Shown: positions 1 to 10,548, numbered from the stretch's first letter. The stretch: DNA of 64,000 bases from Epithemia pelagica (GCA_946965045.2 OX337242.1:1984001-2048000); one strand, 5' to 3'. The notes: a model not told the origin generated them from the letters alone. A program made the numbers and translations.

Positions 1-1873
1 GACGTGGACGCAAGGGGACCTTCCCTTATGGTATTACGCAATCTATGCATCCTACTGTTGAAGATCAGGTTCAAGACGTCCAACAAACTTCTGTAGCTGC
101 TGCAGTTGATATGAGCAGCAACGGTGAACATCCCGATTCCGAGTTCCTTCGCAAAGCCTTGGGTGGAGGTATTTTGTGCTCCAAATGTGTCCTTGGCGAA
201 GGTGGAGGTCGTAAGGGCGAAATTGGGAACCCAACCGAACTTTCCATTCTTCGTGCGGCCTACTTTGGTGATGTCGATGTGACTGCTGTCAAGGATAGTG
301 CTCCAGTGGTAGCGGAAGTTCCCTTCAGCTCAGAATACAAGTTCATGGCGACTGTGCATGAGCCGGTTGCCCAGAATGACACCTCTGACTACATGGACAA
401 GTTGATTGTACACGCCAAGGGTGCTCCTGACCGCATGATTCCACTTTGCAAGTACCAGGCCAAGAGCGGTAGCTTCAAGGAGGAAGACCTTGAACCATGT
501 GACAAGGACTACTGGATTGAGCAAATTGCGATCTTGTCGTCGCATGGTCTTCGTGTGTTGGCCTTGACCCGTGGTACACTTGAGAAGGGATCTATCAAGG
601 CCGGTGAACAGCTTGGTCCCGAGTTTGTGCAAGAACGCGGAGAGCCTTGGTTGACAATTGTTGGTCTTTGTGCTATTATGGACCCTCCTCGTCCGGAATG
701 TGTGGAAGCTATCAAGGTTGCACATGGTGCTGGAGTTCGTGTGGCCATGATTACTGGTGACCACAAGGACACGGCGCTTGCTATTGGAGGTATGCTCGGT
801 TTGTTGGACGAGGAGCATCAGGAGGCAGTGACGGGTCCTGAGATGGACGCCATGGACGATGAGGAACTCAAGGTAGCCGCCAAGAAGTACAATGTGTTTG
901 CCCGTGCTTCGCCTAAAACAAGATTCGCATTGTCAAGGCGTTGCAATCACAAGGCGATGTATGTGGTATGACCGGAGATGGTGTGAACGATGCTCCTGCG
1001 TTGAAGGCAGCTGATATGGGTGTTGCCATGGGCAAGGAAGGAACTGATGTGGCACGTGAGGCATCGGAAATGATTTTGGCGGACGATAACTTTGCTACTA
1101 TTGTGTCAGCCGTTCGCGAGGGTCGTGTTGTGTGGGACAATCTCCGCAAGGTGCTTTTGGTGAATACCCCAATCAACAACGCGCAGGGTATGTCAGTTTT
1201 GTTTGGTTTGTTGTTGGGTTTGAGTGAAACTCCTTTGTCATCAATCCAGGTGTTGTATTGTAACTTGATTTGTGCCGTGACATTGGGCTTTGTGTCGGCT
1301 GTGGAACCCGCTGAAGATGGCATCATGAACCAACCTCCACGTCGTGTGGGCAAGCGTTTGATTGGTCGGTTTTTGTTTTTGCGAATTGCGATTGGAACGA
1401 TCACTTTGGTTGCATGCACGGTTGGTTCAGTGTTCTGGACTGAGGACATGGGCTACACTTTGGAGGAAACGCGTTCTCAAGCGTTGAACGTGCTTTCTTT
1501 TGGTGCCATTGGAATTACGGCCAGTGCTCGTTTTGCCCGCAAGAGTGCATTGCACCCACGCAGTTTCCGTGGAAATGCCTTTGCTTGGTGGTCTTACGCT
1601 ATCATGGCCATGCTGCAAGTGTTTATCACGTACACTCCTGGTTTGAATGAAACCATTTTCACCATGGACCCAATGGATGGCACCCAATGGGGTATTGTGG
1701 CCTTGTTTATGGTTGTTGTCTTTATTGTGATGGAGGTTGAGAAGTCGATTCGTGGCTTCTTGACGGACCGTCAATACTACGAGGAAGACTACGAAGAAGG
1801 CGACATGATGGTTGACAATACGCCTCTTCCATCGGAAGTGAACCGTTTCGGACGCAACGAAATGGCTCACTAA
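1..1873 (+). CDS. P2-type cation-transporting ATPase, 5'-partial, with an apparent 1-nt frameshift at ~915-918
   Basis: Motifs [38 protein letters not shown] in ORF 45-971 continue as [13 protein letters not shown]...[12 protein letters not shown] plus C-terminal TM helices in ORF 941-1873. One extra base in cctAAAAc restores P[14 protein letters not shown]. The frame is open upstream to position 3. Confidence 0.9.
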
Positions 1874-2460
1874 GGCTATTTCATCATATCAATCTCAGAC
1901 AGACAGGAATTTTGACAACAGCACCTCTTCTTGTCTATCAGGTGCTTCAACGCCACTAGATCAATAACAACTTATGTATAGAAGTTTTACATTTATTAGG
2001 AGTAGCATGCACTGATCTTGACATAGCGGGTGAGGTAAAAGACGTGATGGCGAATGTTCGGTTGGTTGATGAGTTTTATTCATGATGATAGGTAGATTTA
2101 CATGAACGCATGACTTGTTGTTCTTCCAAAGGTGTTTCAAATTCATTGGTCCGAATGGACTCAAAAGCTTATTGCAGCTTGTAGGCCTAGTCCTAGAGCG
2201 AAAAGTCTTCTTGGGGAAACAATGATCAAAGTATACCTAGGTACTCTCCCTCCCTGGTAGAGTTAGCATCACATAGCTCAGTCATAGCACAAACTCAAAC
2301 GTGAACCCCGCGCACCAAAGAAAATCTTTCACCACATCATATAGCAATGGGCAATGGTACTACACGAATCCGAAAGTGGAGAGGGATCACCCGCAGCGCA
2401 ACATCACGACGCAAGAAGGGCTCGGTAATTTTTCAACATTTCTGACATCCAAGCGAGACA

Positions 2461-4335
2461 ATGAGCCAAAATCCTTGCTTGCCGAAATCATCGGTTGACC
2501 CTACTACTACTCCAATCAAAACACCACGTAATGGTCCCAGTGCCGAAAACAATGGTTGTGGATGGATGGTTTTGGGCCCAGCATCATTCATTCGTAAGTT
2601 GAATGGTTCAACCTTTCGCTTACCCTCAACATACGTAGGTGTTCGTCGAGTTCGGCCGTCGTCGAAATCGGTTCACCAAGCCCTAAAACAACAACAACAA
2701 CAACCAGATGATGCAAAGCGAAAGGCACCGCCAGCACCAGCAGACAAACCCAGGTTGACATCCAATGTGGTTTACAAAATTGTAGACCCTGAAACAGGGG
2801 AAGAGCGTCGCATGACTTCGATAGAGAAGAAGAAAGCCAAAAAATTGCGCAAACGAGAACTGCAACAATTAAGGGCAAGCGGCGACACTCAAGACAACCA
2901 CGATACTTCCAAGAATGATGATATGATTACAGATCGGTCTTCTTTGAACAAAGGTTGTAGTATCTCTGAAACAGGTGAACAACAAAGTGATCCTCTCACG
3001 ATTACGGAGGAAGACGATGAGATGGGGATGGAGATGGAGGTCATGCCAACACCAACACATAAAACAAGTTGGGATCCGAATTCAAAAGGCGACCCAAGTT
3101 TGGACTATGTGCAACTGAAGGTTAATCAGAATACCTTGGAAGAAGAATTGGCGGATCTACAGGGTCAGCGTGATGGAGTTCCTCCTGTTTGGTTGTCGAG
3201 TGCACAGGCTCACACGTTGGCCTCCGTCACGACCTTGGACCAATCCTCAAAGACAAGCTCGCTCGAGATGCGAACCATATCACAACTGCCAAAGGGAACA
3301 CATGTGGAATTGGATGAGGCTTATTCCAAGGCATGGGCGTCGGCCCTCAAACAAGAAAGCTTGCAGCCTGCCGAAACCACAAGACGAAATGAACAAGAGT
3401 GGCGGTCCATGCCCTACGAATTGGTACCTCAATTGTGGACAAGGTTCCGACCTAACACATCAACCGACTCGACTCACAGAGATCCACATGCGGAAGTACA
3501 GAACGAACAAGTTCAGGTCAGTGATGAAACTGGAAGTAACCAAAATGTTCAGACTTACCCGGCTTTTGAAAAGAGTCAAACGACAATCAAAACTACTCAA
3601 GCGTCTTCAGAAGTAGCTACAGATGACGCCTCTGTCGGAACGCCGGATGCTGTACAAAGTTCATGTAAAGGAACCAACATCACCTGCGCCAATGGAACCA
3701 CTTCACCTCATTCGAAGGAACATCTAGCCGAACAGGATGATACGTGCCCACCAATGACATCACTGACGATTCTCCCCTTTTCCTTGCGACCGCGTCGACA
3801 GATTTTGTACGATACAGCCTTGAATTGGTGCGTGGAATATCTACATCAATCCCTGGGCCTTCATGTGGCGTGTGGTGCAAAATTCGGGTGTGATATCTTG
3901 TTGTACGATGCGCCCCGGTCAGAACGGCATGCCTTTGCCGGATTGCGCGTGGAAGTCGTGGATAAAGATCGCAAAGACAACACGAGCTGTGCTTATCCCT
4001 TGCCCCGGGCGTATGATTTAAGTGGCTATGTTCGTTGTTTGAATACGGCCGGCAAGTTGGCATTACTGGCTACGGTGGTTCTTGACGATGAAGAGGATCA
4101 CCTACACGAAAGTAAACAAGAGGCATCAGAAAAGTGTACGGAAGCTGTTCAGGGAAGAGGGAAAGGAGACTCTTCTGGTTGTCGCCGTGTGGCCATTCTG
4201 GATCTGGCGCTGGTTCGAGTACGCAATGATGAGGAGGGGAAAAACAAGAAAACATCCAGAAAAACAAACAGTCGGAAACGGAAGACTTGGGAAGAACGGT
4301 ACCAGAATCTGACCAAACGTCCAGCCACCAAATAA
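2461..4335 (+). CDS. tRNA-splicing endonuclease catalytic subunit (Sen34/Sen2-like)
   Basis: C-terminal LHVACGAKFGCDILLYDAPRSERHAFAG...RCLNTAGK carries the Tyr/His/Lys catalytic pattern of tRNA intron endonucleases; long low-complexity middle region. Confidence 0.75.
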   Translation: MSQNPCLPKSSVDPTTTPIKTPRNGPSAENNGCGWMVLGPASFIRKLNGSTFRLPSTYVGVRRVRPSSKSVHQALKQQQQQPDDAKRKAPPAPADKPRLTSNVVYKIVDPETGEERRMTSIEKKKAKKLRKRELQQLRASGDTQDNHDTSKNDDMITDRSSLNKGCSISETGEQQSDPLTITEEDDEMGMEMEVMPTPTHKTSWDPNSKGDPSLDYVQLKVNQNTLEEELADLQGQRDGVPPVWLSSAQAHTLASVTTLDQSSKTSSLEMRTISQLPKGTHVELDEAYSKAWASALKQESLQPAETTRRNEQEWRSMPYELVPQLWTRFRPNTSTDSTHRDPHAEVQNEQVQVSDETGSNQNVQTYPAFEKSQTTIKTTQASSEVATDDASVGTPDAVQSSCKGTNITCANGTTSPHSKEHLAEQDDTCPPMTSLTILPFSLRPRRQILYDTALNWCVEYLHQSLGLHVACGAKFGCDILLYDAPRSERHAFAGLRVEVVDKDRKDNTSCAYPLPRAYDLSGYVRCLNTAGKLALLATVVLDDEEDHLHESKQEASEKCTEAVQGRGKGDSSGCRRVAILDLALVRVRNDEEGKNKKTSRKTNSRKRKTWEERYQNLTKRPATK

Positions 4336-5146
4336 GTCGACGAAGTTAGGACTGGCTCCAATGCCCATGAGGCATTCCTTACTCAATCCTAAATCAAAAC
4401 ATGGCTGTCACCATCAAGCTGAATACATCCCTTCTCTCGACTAGACACGGCTCCTTTTTTCTCTACGATTGGTTTGTTTCTACTGCATTATGATATTGAT
4501 TGAAAGTGAACCGAGACAGTCGTTGATGAAAACTGAATTGATCACAAGCATCTCAAGGAGAAAACGAGGGAAGTCGCATGAGAATGGGCACCAACAAGAG
4601 GGATAGGCACGATCCTGACTGAAAAGGTTGCCTCCACGAATCAATGACACAGCCAATCACAATATTGCACCACATAGAACGACAGTTACACAAAGCCGTA
4701 GCTGCCCATATCACCACATGGATGGCCCATAGAGCAGCCTACAAGCAAGCACCGAAGCGTGCAGGGAGAAAGCAATTGCAACACCGCAAATCCCCCATCA
4801 AAAGCCATCAACACCACCGCGATCGAGACAGGTCTCAACCAAGCGCCATTCCATTCACAGCCCCTTAACGTCAACGATCGCACAATCGCGTCCAGGCCTG
4901 CTTCTTTTTCTTCGACGATTGCTTTATTGGATGGTAGTGAAGTGAGAGAGTTGTTGACGACAACCGTATTATCAAAAGAATCTCAAAGAGAAAACCGAGT
5001 GAAGTCGCACCCAAAGGGATGAACACCATGTTTTATCAGTTCACCGTGACTGTCGCAATGGGGTAACCTTGCTCTGTCATCAGCATGATATGTCCTTCTG
5101 ATCTCTTTGTCGTGTTGAATAGTACCAAAAATTAGAAATCTCCATC

Positions 5147-7066
5147 TCAGCCGCTCTTGACTCGAGAGTAGAAACACCTGACAAAGATCAAACTGAACTG
5201 AAGCGCCACGCTACCGAGCATGAGAAAGACAGCAAGCGAACTGATTGCCATGTAGCCGAAATAAAAAGATCCCTGCAAAAAGCCTTCCATTGCACTGAAT
5301 TGGAAATAATAGTACAAGGAATAGAGGTAAATGAAACATCCGGTCATCCCACCGTTGATAAAAGTGGTCCACCACCATTGATGATGATCTTCATTTGCAA
5401 GTTGAAAGTACGAAAAGACAGAAGTGATAAGGGACGTCACGACGAGAAGAAGAAGAAGAAACGCCACTATGCGAAATCCAAACAATGTATAGGGCCAATG
5501 GCCCCACATCGAGGCAAAGATGTATTGAAGATCAACGTAGATGGCCGAACAGGGAAGAAATCCAGCAAAGACAAACTGAAAGGATCGGCTTGTGTACCAT
5601 GGTTTTTCTGTTGGAATCTCGCGTGTCAGTTCGTTTATTCTCTGTGGAGCTTTCAAGTCGGCAGTGCCGTACTTCTTGGCCATTACACCTCCCAAGACTG
5701 TCAGATGAAAGGCCAAAACAAGGAAAAGAGTCAGAGTCAAGATGCTGGTGAACGGCAAGGCCCTGGTTGATCCATGCGCCAACGCCACCGAGTTGGTGAA
5801 CGTGAACACCACCACAACTGGAATAGGGAACAGTGCCAGAGTAAGAGTGATGCAGTGTACCCAATTTTCCCCGTTCATTTGACGATAAAGACGAACTGCA
5901 GTGCATCCTCCCACAAAAGCACTAAGGCAATAGAGGACTACCGCGTCTGCAAGAAACGATCCGGCAGAATTCATCGGAATGACTTTGAATGCGGCCAACA
6001 TTAGGTGCAACAAAGTGGCCACCAAAAGATGATTTCCAGTTCCCACCGCCGCGCATAGCAGCATGGAGTTTTCAGGGAATCGGAAAACATCATCATGGAT
6101 GGCCTTGCCACCCGACTCTTCTTCTTCTAATGCATCATCGTTACGCTCCTTGAAAGGAGAGATTTGGAGCATAATGATGGTCAGCAACACTACCAGAAAG
6201 AGCAAGTTGACGATCGACGACCAATGGCCCTCATAGGAGTTGGAACCTGTCAATTTGGAGTCCGTGTAGCGTAGATGACGGTCCTTCCACATGAGATCGC
6301 GTTCCTCGTAAAACTCGACAGAATAAGAGAAGATGACAGTCTTTGCAACTGTGACGTTTGTAATATCGACTCGACGTTTCACATCCGTGGCTACTTTGGC
6401 CGCCACAATTTGATCCCCGTTGTATCCAAGATAAAAGTGCCGGTGAGGGAATAGATAGGTTGTACCATCATCCCACTCTCCAAGTGTCATATGTGGGCCC
6501 ACCACATCTCCAAGGTATCCCCACAGGGGAAGATCTTCCACCACCATTTCAAAGAAATAATTGTTCTGAATGGCATTCTTCAATCTGATCAAGTCAGCCG
6601 GTCGCAATTCCTTTGTACATAACAGACGCCACTCTGAATTCACGCCAAAATGAACTTCATAGGGTGTGGTTTCCCGTCGATATCCAATCAAGGACTCTCC
6701 CCATGTCAATGCCAGAGGCAAGGCTCCTTGGCGACGTCTCGTGTCATATGGAAACGGTCCCTTACTAGGCTCGTAGAGCTCGTCCGACAGTTCCACATCT
6801 TGTTCCTTGGCAATTCTGTGTTCTTCTGCCATGGTAGAATGCGTTTCACAAAACGGCATGGAATAGTAACGATAGGTTTCGGTCGGGTTATGGAATGGCA
6901 CAACCAGATTCACATCGATTGTAACTCTCTCATGGTGTTTGTAGAAATGTCCCGATGGCATACGCCGAACGGGTTGTGGTAAGTAGGTGAAAAGCCATTG
7001 TATCAACACCGAGGTTACCAAACACAATAGTAACAGCCTCAAAACGGAACAAGTGGTCATTCCCAT
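5147..7066 (-). CDS. Transmembrane 9 superfamily (TM9SF/EMP70) protein
   Basis: NPTETYRYYSMPFC, YFFEMVVEDLPLWGYLG, FSYSVEF, HWSSIVN, DVFRFP, REIP, nine hydrophobic helices ending FYSRVK. The first in-frame ATG is at 7066 (the ORF track starts at TTG 7087). Confidence 0.92.
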   Translation of the reverse strand: MGMTTCSVLRLLLLCLVTSVLIQWLFTYLPQPVRRMPSGHFYKHHERVTIDVNLVVPFHNPTETYRYYSMPFCETHSTMAEEHRIAKEQDVELSDELYEPSKGPFPYDTRRRQGALPLALTWGESLIGYRRETTPYEVHFGVNSEWRLLCTKELRPADLIRLKNAIQNNYFFEMVVEDLPLWGYLGDVVGPHMTLGEWDDGTTYLFPHRHFYLGYNGDQIVAAKVATDVKRRVDITNVTVAKTVIFSYSVEFYEERDLMWKDRHLRYTDSKLTGSNSYEGHWSSIVNLLFLVVLLTIIMLQISPFKERNDDALEEEESGGKAIHDDVFRFPENSMLLCAAVGTGNHLLVATLLHLMLAAFKVIPMNSAGSFLADAVVLYCLSAFVGGCTAVRLYRQMNGENWVHCITLTLALFPIPVVVVFTFTNSVALAHGSTRALPFTSILTLTLFLVLAFHLTVLGGVMAKKYGTADLKAPQRINELTREIPTEKPWYTSRSFQFVFAGFLPCSAIYVDLQYIFASMWGHWPYTLFGFRIVAFLLLLLVVTSLITSVFSYFQLANEDHHQWWWTTFINGGMTGCFIYLYSLYYYFQFSAMEGFLQGSFYFGYMAISSLAVFLMLGSVALQFSLIFVRCFYSRVKSG

Positions 7067-7374
7067 CGTGCGCTTTGCAATCCGCAATCCAAGGATTGTC
7101 TCGCCAACGATTTCCTCAATGGAAGAATCTCCACATCAAAAAAAAAAAAAAAAAAAAAAAGGTACAGTCTATTTTAACGCTGCCGCGCGGACCCGCTAGG
7201 GTACCGTCGACCGACGCGCCCGGCCTAGAAAACTAGGCGAGGACTAACAGTACTTGGGGTGTAAGAAATCACGGGGAAGAAGCAGACCGAAGTACATCAG
7301 TTGTGCCTACCAATGAAAATGCGGTCGCCGATATATATAATCCATGCCATTTCCGGATGGAAAAATCAGTCGCG
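6599..7374. repeat. Copy 1 of a ~594-bp direct duplication (TM9SF 5' coding region plus upstream), carrying a 178-bp insertion at 7131-7308
   Basis: Aligns by eye to 9955-10548 from cggtcgcaattcctttgtacat to ggaaaaatcagtcgcg, with roughly 25 substitutions by hand count. Confidence 0.95.
7138..7294 (+). mobile_element. Unclassified short dispersed element, copy 1: A23 followed by a 134-bp structured core (7161-7294)
   Basis: The core is the reverse complement of 26429-26562 with 1 mismatch. It is absent from the paralogous site at 10486/10487 and is flanked by acatca on both sides. Confidence 0.8.
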
Positions 7375-7610
7375 AAAACCATCTCAAGGGATGGAAATGC
7401 TACGTCAAGCGGGACTCAATGTGGAAGGGACGACCATCAACCATCACACAAAGAAACAAAACCCCAGCGGCAACCCCTGCCTCCCTTTCCATCCCCGCCT
7501 AATTCGGGGACTAGCTTTAGGTTAACTCCCTACTCTCTAGAGGGAAGGGAAAAAAAACACGCCGACGAATACATATTCAAAAATCATTATTCATTATATT
7601 GGTATTAACA

Positions 7611-8843
7611 ATGGCATCCCAACGACAACAACCACCCGTAATCTCAGTACCACCCCACGCATGGTCGGGGGCGAATAAGACCATCGATGAACTAATGCAG
7701 GAGAGGGATACGTTGCTAGACAGTTTGCCTTCTGGCGAGATATCGCAGCGGTTACGGGGAAAGCACTTTGCGCACATGGAGGATGTCTGGAGCAGCGAGC
7801 GTTGCCGCGTGGTTGCCCAGGATTTTAGTAGTATCAAACGGACAAGATCTCAAGGGGCACTGTATCGAAGCTGCTACAGGTACATTGACAATGAGATCAG
7901 AGATCCCGACTGGACTTCCGGTACTGCCAACCAGCAAGGTAATTCCGAGAAAGTTGATCCATTGGGTAACTTGTGTGGGCAATCTGCGCATTTGCTCTCT
8001 CATGCCAAGGTCTGCCATAGAGCTTATTCATTCCTTGCCGAAGGCGCGGTTGGAATCAACATTGATGAGTTGGATCTCGACGGTCATATGCATACAAACC
8101 GGCGGAAACTCCTGCTTGGGGTTAAGGGAGACCACCATTTTACATCATTAAAGGGTCACAAATTCAACAAAATGTACTGGAAACTACAGGGAGAGCATTT
8201 TGATTCGGATGATCCCTCCGTGTTGGTGGTGCCGCTGCTGCCTTTGGACCAAATCAAAGAGTGGGCAAAGGACGAGACACATGCGCTAGACTACGACGTA
8301 GCAGTGTTTACCTTTGGTCCACGAAAGGTAGTCGTCGCAAGTGAGACACTCGTCTATGCAAAAGGAACCTGCTCTCCACAAGAGGTGGCGCTGGCACGTG
8401 AGAATTTGACCCACTTTGTCAAGGGTATCGCCGCCCACCTTGTGTCGAAAGACGTCTTCGAATCATTGCCGACAAAATATTTCGTCCCAAGCAATCTCTC
8501 TCTACACCGATGGAAAAGCCTTGTCGATCAATTGCGAGCAAATCCGGAAATACTGATCCCGAAAAATCTTGGTACCATTCCCAATGTTCGCATTGCCAAG
8601 GCTTACATGAGCACTGGCACTTCATTACCAGATCCTTGGCTGCTCCTCGCCAAGTCTGCAATTAACTACTCGGCATCGAACAGACAAACATTGATGCCAG
8701 CTTGCCCATCGCCGGAAGAATCCGATAGTGAAGACGACAATTATGGTTTTCCAAACGAGACTAGTGGCAGGGATGAAACCATGAGTTCGCTTCCATCGGA
8801 ATTCTACCTGGGAGCATTGCACCGCGCTGGATTACGGCTGTGA
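7611..8843 (+). CDS. Intronless putative HNH/His-Me-endonuclease-derived protein
   Basis: Long open frame. GQSAHLLSH...C...NKMYWKLQGEHFD-SDDPSVLVVP resembles the AH(I/L)xP...N...H...FD pattern of HNH_2-type domains. The C-terminus has PDPWLLLAKSAINYS...LMPAC. Confidence 0.5.
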   Translation: MASQRQQPPVISVPPHAWSGANKTIDELMQERDTLLDSLPSGEISQRLRGKHFAHMEDVWSSERCRVVAQDFSSIKRTRSQGALYRSCYRYIDNEIRDPDWTSGTANQQGNSEKVDPLGNLCGQSAHLLSHAKVCHRAYSFLAEGAVGINIDELDLDGHMHTNRRKLLLGVKGDHHFTSLKGHKFNKMYWKLQGEHFDSDDPSVLVVPLLPLDQIKEWAKDETHALDYDVAVFTFGPRKVVVASETLVYAKGTCSPQEVALARENLTHFVKGIAAHLVSKDVFESLPTKYFVPSNLSLHRWKSLVDQLRANPEILIPKNLGTIPNVRIAKAYMSTGTSLPDPWLLLAKSAINYSASNRQTLMPACPSPEESDSEDDNYGFPNETSGRDETMSSLPSEFYLGALHRAGLRL

Positions 8844-9019
8844 AGCTCCAATCGAAGCAGAATCTATTTAGTCGTCGTAGTGTCTTTAGGACGGCACCAG
8901 GCGAATGGGAAAGGACAATTGCGATCATTACGTGACATAGTGAGTGTTTGTTGTTTGTTTGTTCCCTCTTCGTTCCTGCCTGCTGCTTGCTGTCTTTCAT
9001 CATCGAATCACATTATATA

Positions 9020-9576
9020 CAGGTGAAAGTTCTCCTACGGTCGAGTATGCAACACGCAACGACGAGATTGCTTCCCAAGGTTTCGGGTAGTTTGGGTTTA
9101 TTGATTGACCTGGAACAATCCCAAGGCAGCCCATGCTTTGACATTTGACATGTTGCTGCTGTCGGCCCAAGAAATCTGGAATGATTGGTTACAAAACAAG
9201 GACGTTCCTGCCATTCCATGGCAGTCCTCCTCCTCGTCTTGGTCATCTGCTGAAGAAGCAGTTGTGACGACCAAACCGACGACTCATAATACCACCCACG
9301 ACGACGGCAAATCGGGAGGAGGACAACCCGACCCAACAACAACGGCAACAACGCAACGTCGTCCACGACCAGTGTCATTTTGTGCCGGTGGAGATATCAA
9401 ATCCTTGGCGTTGGATTGTCGAGACAACGAGACAAGTCGTCCGTATCAGGGACAAGGAATGGATGGTGTCTTGACGTCTGACTTTTTTCGACACGAATAG
9501 TATCTCTCAATTATGTCCTGTCCTTGCAACGCGCAAGATCCAAATATCGTTTTGGGATGGATTGGTCATGGGCGGT
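9020..9576 (+). pseudogene. HIBCH: 3-hydroxyisobutyryl-CoA hydrolase (ECH_2 family) fragment
   Basis: GLL/TWNNPKAAHALT, SFCAGGDIK, DFFRHE*Y, QISFWDGLVMGGG. It is broken by an attg tandem duplication (9100-9107), an in-frame TAG (9498-9500) and a further frameshift, and is truncated after MGGG. Confidence 0.8.
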
Positions 9577-9954
9577 GGACGGAGGCCTCGTTTTGACTCC
9601 CTCACAATGCCGCCACGGGATACATTCACGCGGGTGGTTTGTCGAAAGAAGGCGTTGCCTGGGCTTCTACGAAAAATCAAGTGGGCTCCGACTATCACAG
9701 CAATTGACAGACGGCGCCTGTGCCCTCCACGTTCGACCCAAGCTCTTGACGAATGGTATACCCTCGTCATTTGTCATCACGGGGCCGTTGGAATTCAGGC
9801 GGTGAATTTCCGCAATTTGGTGCAAGATGTAGTGCGATGGTGCGCGGAAAATGAAGAAAAAGTGGTTTTGTTGCTGACATTGGATTATGCCTACAAAGGT
9901 TCCTCGCAAAATGATGCCATGGTGTCGGCTTTGTCGGCGAACGTCTCGCAACGA

Positions 9955-10548
9955 CGGTCGCAATTCCTTTGTACATAAAAGAGGCCACTCTGAATTCACG
10001 CCAAAATGAGCTTCGTAGGGTGTGGTTTCCCGTCGATATCCAATCAAGGACTCTCCCCATGTCAATGCCAGAGGCAAGGCTCCTTGGCGACGTCTCGTGT
10101 CATACGAAAAAGGTCCCTTACTAGGCTCGTAGAGTTCGTCCGACAGTTCCACACCGTGTTCCTTGGCAATTTTGTGTTCTTCTGCCATGATAGAATGTGT
10201 TTGACAAAACGGCATGGAATAGTAACGATAGGTCTCGGTCGGGTTATGGAATGGTCCCACCAGATTCACATCGATTTTCACTCGGTCATGGTGTTTGTAG
10301 AAATGTCCCGATGGCATACGCCGAACGGGTTGTGGTAAGTAGGTGAAAAGCCATTGCAACAACACCGAAGTTACCAAACACAATAGTAACAGCCTCAAAA
10401 CGGAACAAGTGGTCATTCCCATCGTGCGCTTTGCAATCCGCAATCCAAGGATTGTCTCGCCAACGATTTCCTCAATGGAAGAATCTACCAATGAAAATGC
10501 GGTCGCCCATATAATCCATGGCATTTCCGGATGGAAAAATCAGTCGCG
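9955..10548 (-). pseudogene. Copy 2 of the direct duplication: 3'-truncated TM9SF (ATG at 10422, ~155 codons) plus upstream region
   Basis: Near-identical to 6599-7374 apart from the insertion; the reading frame runs into unrelated sequence below 9955. Confidence 0.93.

Noticed and set aside
7161-7294. Ribozyme assignment: TTTAACGCTGCC resembles the twister 5' motif, and TAG-TCCTCGC-CTA on the other strand resembles HDV P3/L3
   Set aside because: The twister L4 (UCCYAAGC) is missing, no HDV P1 partner exists upstream, and there is no hammerhead CUGAUGA/GAAA core. Not called without a cmsearch result.
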